Part shown: positions 36,062 through 44,657 of the stretch, piece after piece
Layout of the letters: each line of letters starts with the position of its first letter
Position numbering within the stretch: position 1 is the first letter of the stretch
From: an uncultured Prevotellaceae bacterium
GTDB taxonomy: Bacteria > Bacteroidota > Bacteroidia > Bacteroidales > Bacteroidaceae
Assembly (NCBI GenBank): GCA_900318305.1
Contig: ONKB01000056.1
Location: 360 to 64,359 of the forward strand
Direction of reading: 5' to 3'
DNA length: 64,000 bases
Position numbers and translations under genes: made by a program
The notes under the pieces: model-generated
Told to the model about the DNA's origin: nothing
What the model saw: only the letters and a program-made list of their open reading frames with translations
Databases searched by the model: none

Positions 36062-38491
36062 ATGAAAGTATTAAAATTTGGAGGAACATCTGTAGGTTCC
36101 GCAGAGAGTATTTTGAGCCTGAAGAGAATCGTAGAGTCTCAAAAAGAGGATTGTATTGTAGTGGTCAGCGCACTTGGCGGCATTACCGACAAGCTCATCA
36201 AAACGTCAAAATTAGCCCTTGAGAAGGGCGGTGGATACGAGGATGAGTATCTGGAAATGCTGAAACGCCACAGGGACATGATCAATACGGTTATTACTGA
36301 CGATTTGAAAAGAGAGGAGCTGAAGAAGAAAATCAACGAGTTGTTTGATGAGCTCCGCTCCATTCTATATGGTGTACACTTGATTAAGGACCTGAGTCCT
36401 AAGACCATGGCGGCTATTGTGAGCTATGGTGAGCGGCTGAGCAGTCCTATTGTGGCAGCCCTGATTGAGGGCGCCGAGTGGAAAGACTCCCGTACTTTCA
36501 TTAAGACAGAATACAAGCAAGGAAAGCATTATCTGGCTGTGGACAAGACCTATGACCTGGTGAAGAAGGCTTTCAAGACGCTGCCCCACATTACGGTCTG
36601 CCCGGGTTTTATCAGCTCAGACAAAGTGTCGGGTGAGACAACTAATCTTGGCAGGGGCGGAAGTGATTACACGGCTTCCATCATCGCTGCTGCACTTGAT
36701 GCAGAGGTGCTGGAGATATGGACAGACGTCAATGGATTCATGACGGCAGATCCCCGCGTGATACCTAATGCCTATACCATTGACCAGCTGAGTTATGTCG
36801 AGGCTACTGAATTGTGTAACTTTGGTGCCAAGGTCGTATATCCGCCAACGATATACCCCGTGTGTGTCAAGAATATACCTATACGTGTGCTGAATACGTT
36901 CAACCCCGAGAACAAAGGAACCATTATCAAGGCACGTATAGAGGGAGACACCAAGCCTATCAAGGGTATATCAAGCATCAATGGTACGGCTCTGATTACC
37001 GTATCGGGCCTGTCAATGGTGGGTGTGATAGGTGTCAACCGCCGCATCTTCACCGCTTTGGCTGAATCGGGCATATCGGTATTTATGGTGAGTCAGGCTT
37101 CATCGGAGAACTCCACCTCAATAGGTGTTCAGGAAACCGACCTTGAGGCGGCAATCAAGGTGCTGAACAACGAGTTTGCCAAGGAGATAGAGACAGGTGC
37201 CTTGTATCCTATGCAGGCAGAGACCGGCCTGGCTACTGTGGCCATTGTGGGAGAGAATATGAAACACACTCCCGGTATCGCAGGAAAGTTGTTCGGGGCT
37301 TTGGGCCGGAGCGGTATCAGCGTAATAGCCTGTGCACAGGGCGCATCGGAGACAAATATCTCGTTTGTGGTGAACAGCTCGCTTCTGAGAAAAACAATGA
37401 ACGTGCTTCACGACTCGTTCTTCCTGTCGGAGAACAAGGAGCTGAACCTGTTTATCTGTGGCGTCGGAACGGTGGGCGGACAGTTGATAGACCAGATACA
37501 CTCGCAATATGAGAAACTGATAGAGACGCGTCACCTGAAACTGAATATCGTGGGCATAGCAAACAGCCACAACGCCATTCTGAACAGGGACGGAATCAAT
37601 CTGGATACCTACAAGGAAGACCTGAAGAAAGCACCGGCAAGCGATATAGACCATTTGCTGGAGGAAATCATCAAGATGAACATCTTCAATAGTGTCTTTG
37701 TAGATTGTACGGCAAGCAAGGAGGTGGCGGCAATATATCAGCCGTTGCTGGAGCATAATATCAATGTCGTTGCAGCCAACAAGATTGCTGCGTCTTCCTC
37801 CTATGACAATTACATCAGATTGAAACAAACGGCATTGGCCCGTGGCGTGAAATTCCTGTTTGAGACGAATGTGGGAGCAGGACTCCCCATCATCGGCACA
37901 ATCAATGACTTGTTGAACTCGGGCGACCGCATCCTGAAAATTGAGGCCGTCGTCAGTGGTACGCTGAACTATATCTTCAATGAGATTTCCGCGGAGGTGC
38001 CTCTGTCGGAGACAATCAGGCGCGCCAAGGAGAGGGGTTACAGCGAACCCGATCCCAGAATAGACTTGAGTGGCATAGATGTCATCAGGAAACTGGTCAT
38101 ACTTGCCCGTGAGGCTGGTTACAAGGTTGAACAGGAGGATGTTGAGAAGCATCTGTTTATTCCTGAGGAGTACTTTGAGGGTAGTCTGGACAATTTCTGG
38201 AAGAAAATACCTTCCTATGACGAGACATTTGAGAAACAACGCAAGGAGGTTGAGAAGTCAGGTAAGCGGTGGCGTTTTGTCGCAGTTGCCGAGTCAGGTA
38301 AGACAAAAGTCTCCCTGGAAACGGTGAGCCCGCAGCACCCGTTCTATAACCTGGAAGGTTCTAACAATATCATCCTCCTCACAACCGAGCGATATAAGGA
38401 TTATCCTATGATGATTAAGGGATATGGCGCAGGTGCCAGTGTTACCGCTGCAGGTGTGTTTGCCAATATCATGTCTATCGCTAATATCTGA
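36062..38491 (+). CDS. thrA: bifunctional aspartate kinase / homoserine dehydrogenase
   Basis: Starts MKVLKFGGTSVG at the internal Met. It has kinase, ACT and homoserine dehydrogenase (ICGVGTVGG) domains. Confidence 0.9.
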   Translation: MKVLKFGGTSVGSAESILSLKRIVESQKEDCIVVVSALGGITDKLIKTSKLALEKGGGYEDEYLEMLKRHRDMINTVITDDLKREELKKKINELFDELRSILYGVHLIKDLSPKTMAAIVSYGERLSSPIVAALIEGAEWKDSRTFIKTEYKQGKHYLAVDKTYDLVKKAFKTLPHITVCPGFISSDKVSGETTNLGRGGSDYTASIIAAALDAEVLEIWTDVNGFMTADPRVIPNAYTIDQLSYVEATELCNFGAKVVYPPTIYPVCVKNIPIRVLNTFNPENKGTIIKARIEGDTKPIKGISSINGTALITVSGLSMVGVIGVNRRIFTALAESGISVFMVSQASSENSTSIGVQETDLEAAIKVLNNEFAKEIETGALYPMQAETGLATVAIVGENMKHTPGIAGKLFGALGRSGISVIACAQGASETNISFVVNSSLLRKTMNVLHDSFFLSENKELNLFICGVGTVGGQLIDQIHSQYEKLIETRHLKLNIVGIANSHNAILNRDGINLDTYKEDLKKAPASDIDHLLEEIIKMNIFNSVFVDCTASKEVAAIYQPLLEHNINVVAANKIAASSSYDNYIRLKQTALARGVKFLFETNVGAGLPIIGTINDLLNSGDRILKIEAVVSGTLNYIFNEISAEVPLSETIRRAKERGYSEPDPRIDLSGIDVIRKLVILAREAGYKVEQEDVEKHLFIPEEYFEGSLDNFWKKIPSYDETFEKQRKEVEKSGKRWRFVAVAESGKTKVSLETVSPQHPFYNLEGSNNIILLTTERYKDYPMMIKGYGAGASVTAAGVFANIMSIANI

Positions 38492-38497
38492 TTGGCA

Positions 38498-39739
38498 ATG
38501 AAGCATATCATTATCCTGGGTGACGGTATGGCCGATCATCCTGTGTCAACGTTAGGCAACAAGACGGTGTTGCAGTATGCCTCTACACCTTATATGGACA
38601 TGCTGGCAAGGGAAGGACGTACCGGCCGGCTTCAAACCATTCCCAAAGGCTTCCTTCCGGGCAGCGAAGTGGCAAATACGGCTATCTTGGGATATGACCT
38701 GAATGAAGTCTATGAGGGTCGTGGTCCTCTGGAGGCGGCGAGCATCGGTTACGAGATGCAACCGGAAGACATGGCCATAAGATGTAACATTGTATGTCTG
38801 GAAGACGGGAAAATCAAGAATCACCATGGCGGACATCTGACAACCAAAGAGGGCGATGTGCTGATAAAATATCTGAACGACAAACTGGGAAACGAGAACA
38901 TCAGGTTTATCACGGGTATCCAGTACCGTCACTTGTTGATTATAAAGAATGGAAACAAACACCTGGTGTGTGCACCGCCTCACGATTATCCCGACAAGGC
39001 ATGGCGTCCGTTGCTGGTTAAACCTGAGGAGGGATATACCTGCCAAAACGATGGCAGGATGACAGCACAGGAGACAGCCGACCTGATAAACGACCTGATA
39101 TTGAAATCACAGGAACTGTTGGCAGAGCATCCGTTCAACAAAGAAAGGGCAGCTCAACATATAGACCAGGCTAATTCCATCTGGCCATGGAGTGGGGGGT
39201 ATCGTCCAAACATGATGACGCTGAGCCAGTATTTCCCTGCCGTGAAGAGCGGAGCCGTTATCTCAGCAGTTGATTTGATTCGTGGCATCGGCCATTATGC
39301 GGGTTTGCGGATTATCAATGTTGAGGGTGCTACGGGTCTGGCAGACACCAATTATGAGGGTAAGGCCAAGGCGGCTGTTGACGCACTGAGAGATGACGAC
39401 TTTGTGTTCCTGCATGTTGAGGCTTCTGATGAGGCGGGTCATGACGGCGATGTGCAGCTGAAACTGAAAACAGTTGAATATCTGGACCAGAGGATTGTCA
39501 AGCCTGTCTATGAGGAGGTGTCCAAATGGGAAGAGCCAGTATGTATCGCTGTCCTTCCAGACCATCCCACACCTGTGGAAATACGTACCCACATGGATGA
39601 GCCTGTGCCTTTCCTGATATGGTATCCCGGCATCGTTGCCGATGAAGTGCAGGATTACAATGAGATGAGTTGTATAAACGGCAGTTATGGCTTACTCCAC
39701 TTGAATGAGTTTATTAAAGAATTAATGAAAATACAATAG
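38498..39739 (+). CDS. cofactor-independent phosphoglycerate mutase-like protein (homoserine kinase substitute in Bacteroidales thr operons)
   Basis: MKHIIILGDGMADHP and the metalloenzyme-superfamily layout. It sits between thrA and thrC, where thrB would be. Confidence 0.75.
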   Translation: MKHIIILGDGMADHPVSTLGNKTVLQYASTPYMDMLAREGRTGRLQTIPKGFLPGSEVANTAILGYDLNEVYEGRGPLEAASIGYEMQPEDMAIRCNIVCLEDGKIKNHHGGHLTTKEGDVLIKYLNDKLGNENIRFITGIQYRHLLIIKNGNKHLVCAPPHDYPDKAWRPLLVKPEEGYTCQNDGRMTAQETADLINDLILKSQELLAEHPFNKERAAQHIDQANSIWPWSGGYRPNMMTLSQYFPAVKSGAVISAVDLIRGIGHYAGLRIINVEGATGLADTNYEGKAKAAVDALRDDDFVFLHVEASDEAGHDGDVQLKLKTVEYLDQRIVKPVYEEVSKWEEPVCIAVLPDHPTPVEIRTHMDEPVPFLIWYPGIVADEVQDYNEMSCINGSYGLLHLNEFIKELMKIQ

Positions 39740-39742
39740 GAA

Positions 39743-41047
39743 ATGAGATATTACAGTACAAATGGAAAAGCCCCTCTGGCAACATTGCAGGAGGCTGTTA
39801 CTCAAGGATTGGCAGCTGACAAGGGATTGTTCATGCCTGAGAGGATTGTTCCTCTTCCAGATGATTTTTTCAAGCAGATAGACAAACTGTCTTTTCAGGA
39901 GACTGCTCTTCAAGTTGCCAACGCTTTCTTCGGTGAGGACATACCGGAGACTGACCTGAAAGCTATTGTATATGATACGTTGCAGTTTGACTGCCCCGTA
40001 GTCAAGGTAAAGGATAATATCTACAGCCTTGAACTCTTCCATGGACCCACTTTGGCATTCAAGGATGTAGGTGCCCGCTTCATGGCCCGTATGCTGGGAT
40101 ATTTCAGGAAGAAGGATAACAATACAGGTCTTGTAAATGTGCTTGTGGCTACAAGCGGTGACACAGGAAGTGCCGTCGCTAACGGATTCCTGGGTGTGCC
40201 GGGAATCCATGTGTATGTGCTGTATCCCAAGGGCAAGGTCAGCAAAATACAGGAGAGCCAGTTCACGACATTGGGCAGGAACATAACCGCCGTGGAGGTT
40301 GACGGAGTATTTGACGATTGTCAGGCGCTGGTAAAGAATGCTTTCATGGACAAGGAACTGAATGAGCACATGACCCTGACATCTGCCAATAGCATCAATG
40401 TGGCCCGTTTCCTTCCTCAGGCCTTCTACTACTTCTATGCTTATGCCCAGATGAAGCGTTTGGGACTGGCTGACAATCTGGTGGTGTGTGTGCCGAGTGG
40501 TAATTTCGGAAATATCTGCTCTGCCTTGTTCGGCAAGAAGATGGGACTCCCTGTCAAGAGGTTTATCGCTGCCAATAACGCCAATGATATCTTCTATAAA
40601 TTCCTGCAGACAGGTCAATATGAACCAAAGGCCAGCGTACAGACCATAGCCAATGCCATGGATGTGGGTAATCCGAGTAATTTTGCCCGTATATTTGATT
40701 TGTATGGCAAGGATCATGCCGCTATTTGTGCCGATATCGATGGAATGACATATACAGACAGTCAGATAAGGAATACTGTGGCAAGATGTTATGCCGAGAA
40801 TGGCTACTTGCTGGATCCTCATGGCGCCTGCGGATACCAGGGACTTGAGGATGGCTTGAGAGAGGGTGAGACAGGTGTCTTCTGTGAGACAGCTCATCCT
40901 GCCAAGTTCAAGAATGTTGTTGAGGCAATCATCAATGACCAGGTGGAGATTCCCGCCCGACTCGGAGAATTTATGAAAGGCACCAAACAGAGTGTTCCGA
41001 TGACAAAGGATTTTGCCTCATTTAAGGCTTATCTGCTAAGCGAGTAG
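39743..41047 (+). CDS. thrC: threonine synthase
   Basis: 434 aa with the HGPTLAFKDVGARF PLP-lysine motif. Confidence 0.95.
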   Translation: MRYYSTNGKAPLATLQEAVTQGLAADKGLFMPERIVPLPDDFFKQIDKLSFQETALQVANAFFGEDIPETDLKAIVYDTLQFDCPVVKVKDNIYSLELFHGPTLAFKDVGARFMARMLGYFRKKDNNTGLVNVLVATSGDTGSAVANGFLGVPGIHVYVLYPKGKVSKIQESQFTTLGRNITAVEVDGVFDDCQALVKNAFMDKELNEHMTLTSANSINVARFLPQAFYYFYAYAQMKRLGLADNLVVCVPSGNFGNICSALFGKKMGLPVKRFIAANNANDIFYKFLQTGQYEPKASVQTIANAMDVGNPSNFARIFDLYGKDHAAICADIDGMTYTDSQIRNTVARCYAENGYLLDPHGACGYQGLEDGLREGETGVFCETAHPAKFKNVVEAIINDQVEIPARLGEFMKGTKQSVPMTKDFASFKAYLLSE

Positions 41048-41057
41048 TCTCTGATAG

Positions 41058-42191
41058 TTATTGCAGTGTGTCTTGCCAGGCGGCAAGGATGTATTTGTCG
41101 TCGAATTTTTCCAATATGGCAGCGTTCTTCTTTCCCATCTGGAGAGCCTTGGCGCCGTTTACCTCCATTAAGGTTATGAGGTGATTCTTTAATGAATAGT
41201 AATCGGATACATTGATGATGTATCCATTCTCCCCGTTCTTTACAATATCGGAAGTACCTCCGTCGTTTTGGGCAACGACAAGAGCGTTGAGTGAGACCCC
41301 AGCCTCAAGTATTGAGGTGGGAAGGCCTTCATATTTGGATAACAGCAAAGAGATTTTACTCTCGTTAAGGAAGTCTGCGACATTGGTTACAGAACCCTGT
41401 AAGTGTACTCGCTGCAGATGGTTTGAGACAATATATCTCTCCATGGCTCTTCGGTCAGGACCGTCCCCTAAAATATAGAAGTTCCAATCCGGGTATTTGT
41501 CGCTCACATCTTTCCAAAGTCGCAGCATGAGCATAGGCCGTTTCTCTATGCTTAATCGTCCGGCATAGACTATGTTGTTTTTCTTTTCTCCATCGGGTAA
41601 GTCGTATCCCGAAATCCCGACAGGGTTGTAGATGTATTTGATTTTCTCCGTATCAGTAGGCAGTCCCAGGATATCGCAGAGCTCCTGATGTGCCTGCTGG
41701 CTGACGCATATCATGCCACAGGAAGAAACAATCCGACGGAATAGTTTGAGATGTAGGGGCTTCCAGTAGAGAGCCATTTTGAGATATTGGACTATCCTTC
41801 TGGGTGATTGTACATATTTATACCAGTCATAGTATTTCCTTATCCAATAATAAGGTGAGTTGTGAAGGACGGGGTAAACCTGACATCCGTTCTGCCTGAT
41901 GCTGTTGATGATGGGATAAAGAAATTTCAGGTTTTCAACTTGTACAATGACATTGCCAATCTCATATCTGTTCAAGATGTCAAGTATTTGGCTTTCCAGA
42001 GGTTTCTTCTCTTCTGCCACCTCCACCTTAACAGGATAATCGAATTGAATTTCCTTACTGTCATGAAGCGAGATGACACACTTAATGGGCCAGCCCTTAT
42101 CATGCATCAATTCAGCCAGGTTGCGTGTCACTTTCTGTACACCTCCGAGCAGGGAATAATCGTAAACAAGAATGGCGATATTGTTCATCAA
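41058..42191 (-). CDS. glycosyltransferase family 4
   Basis: 377 aa with GT-B architecture and an EGLPTSILEAG motif. Confidence 0.75.
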   Translation of the reverse strand: MMNNIAILVYDYSLLGGVQKVTRNLAELMHDKGWPIKCVISLHDSKEIQFDYPVKVEVAEEKKPLESQILDILNRYEIGNVIVQVENLKFLYPIINSIRQNGCQVYPVLHNSPYYWIRKYYDWYKYVQSPRRIVQYLKMALYWKPLHLKLFRRIVSSCGMICVSQQAHQELCDILGLPTDTEKIKYIYNPVGISGYDLPDGEKKNNIVYAGRLSIEKRPMLMLRLWKDVSDKYPDWNFYILGDGPDRRAMERYIVSNHLQRVHLQGSVTNVADFLNESKISLLLSKYEGLPTSILEAGVSLNALVVAQNDGGTSDIVKNGENGYIINVSDYYSLKNHLITLMEVNGAKALQMGKKNAAILEKFDDKYILAAWQDTLQ

Positions 42192-43063
42192 GAAATGAGT
42201 AAGGTGTTGATATGATTGACGTACTTATCCTTAATTCGTATAAAATGGGGTATTCTGGTTAGGTATCGCAGGAGAATCAGGGGAGCTCTGCGTTTGTTGT
42301 TCCACATCAGAAACATCAGCCCAATGAGAATATTGACGTTCCACTCAGGATGGTGGATGTAGTCGTTAAATGCGTTTACCTTGTACCACCCTTCGATAAG
42401 GAACATCAGTTTCCCTGTGTCACGGTAGCCGAAGGATAAACTTTTATCATGAATATAGTAATTGTATATCGCTTGTTCCGCGATGGCGTATTTTCTTGAC
42501 ATGAAACCTGTCTCAATGGAGAATTGTATGTCATTTCCTATGGGAGTGGTCTCAAAGCGAATGTCATTGCGTACAATGAGATTTCGGGAGACCATTTTGT
42601 TCCAAGGTACGTGGAAACGATATTTGAGATAGGTGTCATCGTGTTGTCTCGTTTTTTCGCTGACATCTTCCCAATGCTTTTTCTCCTCAGTTTTCATCAA
42701 GTCTCCATTCTCCAGATTGAAATTGAAGAAAACTACGTCATAGGTTGTATCTTTATACCTGTCGAGTATATCAATGAACCCCGGACTGTAGAAATCATCG
42801 GCGTCGGCAAATAAAAACCACTGTCCAACAGCTTTGCTCATTCCGATATTCCGGGCATGACCCGCACCATGGGATTGTTCTGGGGTAAGATAGATAATCT
42901 CCGCATCCTGTCTACTGAGTTGTGGAAGTTTATCAATGTCGCTGTTGTCGTCAACGATGATGATCTGGATGTCATCACGCTGCGGAATACTGCTGACACA
43001 GCGTGTGAGCAAGTCGGGGCAGTTCTTGTGAGGAATGACAAAACTGTAGGTAATCTGGCTCAT
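42188..43063 (-). CDS. glycosyltransferase family 2
   Basis: 291 aa with SFVIPHKNCPDLL, IIVDDNSD and FADADDFY motifs. There are 4-nt overlaps on both sides. Confidence 0.8.
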   Translation of the reverse strand: MSQITYSFVIPHKNCPDLLTRCVSSIPQRDDIQIIIVDDNSDIDKLPQLSRQDAEIIYLTPEQSHGAGHARNIGMSKAVGQWFLFADADDFYSPGFIDILDRYKDTTYDVVFFNFNLENGDLMKTEEKKHWEDVSEKTRQHDDTYLKYRFHVPWNKMVSRNLIVRNDIRFETTPIGNDIQFSIETGFMSRKYAIAEQAIYNYYIHDKSLSFGYRDTGKLMFLIEGWYKVNAFNDYIHHPEWNVNILIGLMFLMWNNKRRAPLILLRYLTRIPHFIRIKDKYVNHINTLLIS

Positions 43064-44463
43064 CGCGTACGGGTCTTTATGAATGATAATTTGGAAATAA
43101 TTCGCATGACATACTCCCAGTTAATGTATAGAAAGAATAGCGAGGTGAGAATCAGATTGAAAGTTGCCCATGGGACACACGTTGCCACGTAGCAGGAGAT
43201 AAGCATGTAGAGATAGAATACAATATGCAGCAATACTTGCCTTTCTATTCTGAAACGGAATGTGTTGGTCAGATAATAGTATCGGATGAGGCAGATGGAC
43301 ATGTTTGCTATAAGAGAGGAAATGGCAGCGGCAAACAGATCGAAGAGCTTGATGAACACTAAATTCAAAACAATATTGATGATGGCGCCTGCCAATGTGG
43401 AAAGACCATTCTCCTTTGTCCTCTTAAGGCTAGTCTGAATGCCTCCGAAATACTGGATGAGAGAATTAAATAAGATGGCGGTTATGAGGATGGGACTATA
43501 GAGGTATCCGCTGTGATAACGGGCATCAAAGATATACTCAAACAGGAAGTAGTTGAGGGCCAGAATGCCGCAACAGAAGGAAATGATGGTTGAAATAGTA
43601 GAATTGAGAATCTGGTTGAAATAGCTTTCCCTCTCATCTGAGTGAATTGCGCTAACAGCAGTTTCCTGCCAGGAGATATTAAAAGAGGAGAACAGAAAGG
43701 CGAAGAAACTGGGTATCTTGTAGGCAAGGGCATAGATGCCATTGCTCGCAGTGCCGAGGAAAAAATTGATGATAATCCTGTCGGATATATTGATAACCCA
43801 CCAGGAGACATTGTTGGGAATGAGTGGCAGGGAATAGTGCAACATCTGAGCTAAGGCGGGTCTGTCCACGAGACCCATACGGATGTAACTGGGATATTTC
43901 GTCAGCAGGATAATCAACAGGCATCCTGCAGCCAAACCACAGGTATAACCGTAAATGATGCCCTTGAGTCCGAGTTGTTGCACAAGGACAAACAGGGTGA
44001 CAGATACAGCGATGACAATGGTATTGACGACACTGGTGATGGAAAAGAGTGTCAGCTTTTTGATGGCACGCAGAAAACTCAGGAGGTGGGTGTTGAGAAT
44101 CCCCACTATCAGAAACAATATGAATGGCAGTCCCATTGACCATTCAGACATGATGCTATAGTAACCGATGGCGAGTACGATGATGCCCAATAGGAGAAGG
44201 TTGATCAAAAGCCCGGCAGAAATATACTTGGACTGTTCGTCCTTGTTGGTCTCGTCAATAGCGAACCGGAATATGGCTTCGCCGCTGGATAGGGAAATAA
44301 TAGGAATCAGCAGGGCTATATATGTACAGTATAGATCAAAGGTGCCATAGTCTTCGGTTGACAGCCAGGAACTGAACAGGGGTATCATCAGCAAATTGAT
44401 ACCCTTGGTCAGAATGTTGCCGATGGACAGATATATGGTGTTCTTTGCTAATGATGTTTTCAT
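43060..44463 (-). CDS. oligosaccharide flippase (Wzx/MOP family)
   Basis: 467 aa with about 12-14 TM helices. It is the first gene of the 3-gene glycan cluster. Confidence 0.7.
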   Translation of the reverse strand: MKTSLAKNTIYLSIGNILTKGINLLMIPLFSSWLSTEDYGTFDLYCTYIALLIPIISLSSGEAIFRFAIDETNKDEQSKYISAGLLINLLLLGIIVLAIGYYSIMSEWSMGLPFILFLIVGILNTHLLSFLRAIKKLTLFSITSVVNTIVIAVSVTLFVLVQQLGLKGIIYGYTCGLAAGCLLIILLTKYPSYIRMGLVDRPALAQMLHYSLPLIPNNVSWWVINISDRIIINFFLGTASNGIYALAYKIPSFFAFLFSSFNISWQETAVSAIHSDERESYFNQILNSTISTIISFCCGILALNYFLFEYIFDARYHSGYLYSPILITAILFNSLIQYFGGIQTSLKRTKENGLSTLAGAIINIVLNLVFIKLFDLFAAAISSLIANMSICLIRYYYLTNTFRFRIERQVLLHIVFYLYMLISCYVATCVPWATFNLILTSLFFLYINWEYVMRIISKLSFIKTRTR

Positions 44464-44596
44464 TTGCTAAAAGTAGGGCGCAGGTTTTATTACTGTTTAG
44501 AGCATTACTTATATAGTGTTATTCGAGAACTGGGTGTTTCTTTATTGGCAAAAATAAAACATTTTTACGGTAAGACAAAATGTTCTGGGAAAAACA

Positions 44597-44634
44597 ATGA
44601 GAGAATGCTTCTTAGAGAAGGAGCATTCTCTCAT
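44597..44634 (-). terminator. stem-loop downstream of the carboxyltransferase gene
   Basis: ATGAGAGAATGCTTCTT / AAGGAGCATTCTCTCAT form a 17-bp stem with one mismatch and a 4-nt loop. It begins 24 nt after the stop at 44658. Confidence 0.55.
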
Positions 44635-44657
44635 AATTCACAGAATAATAGCTGTGA

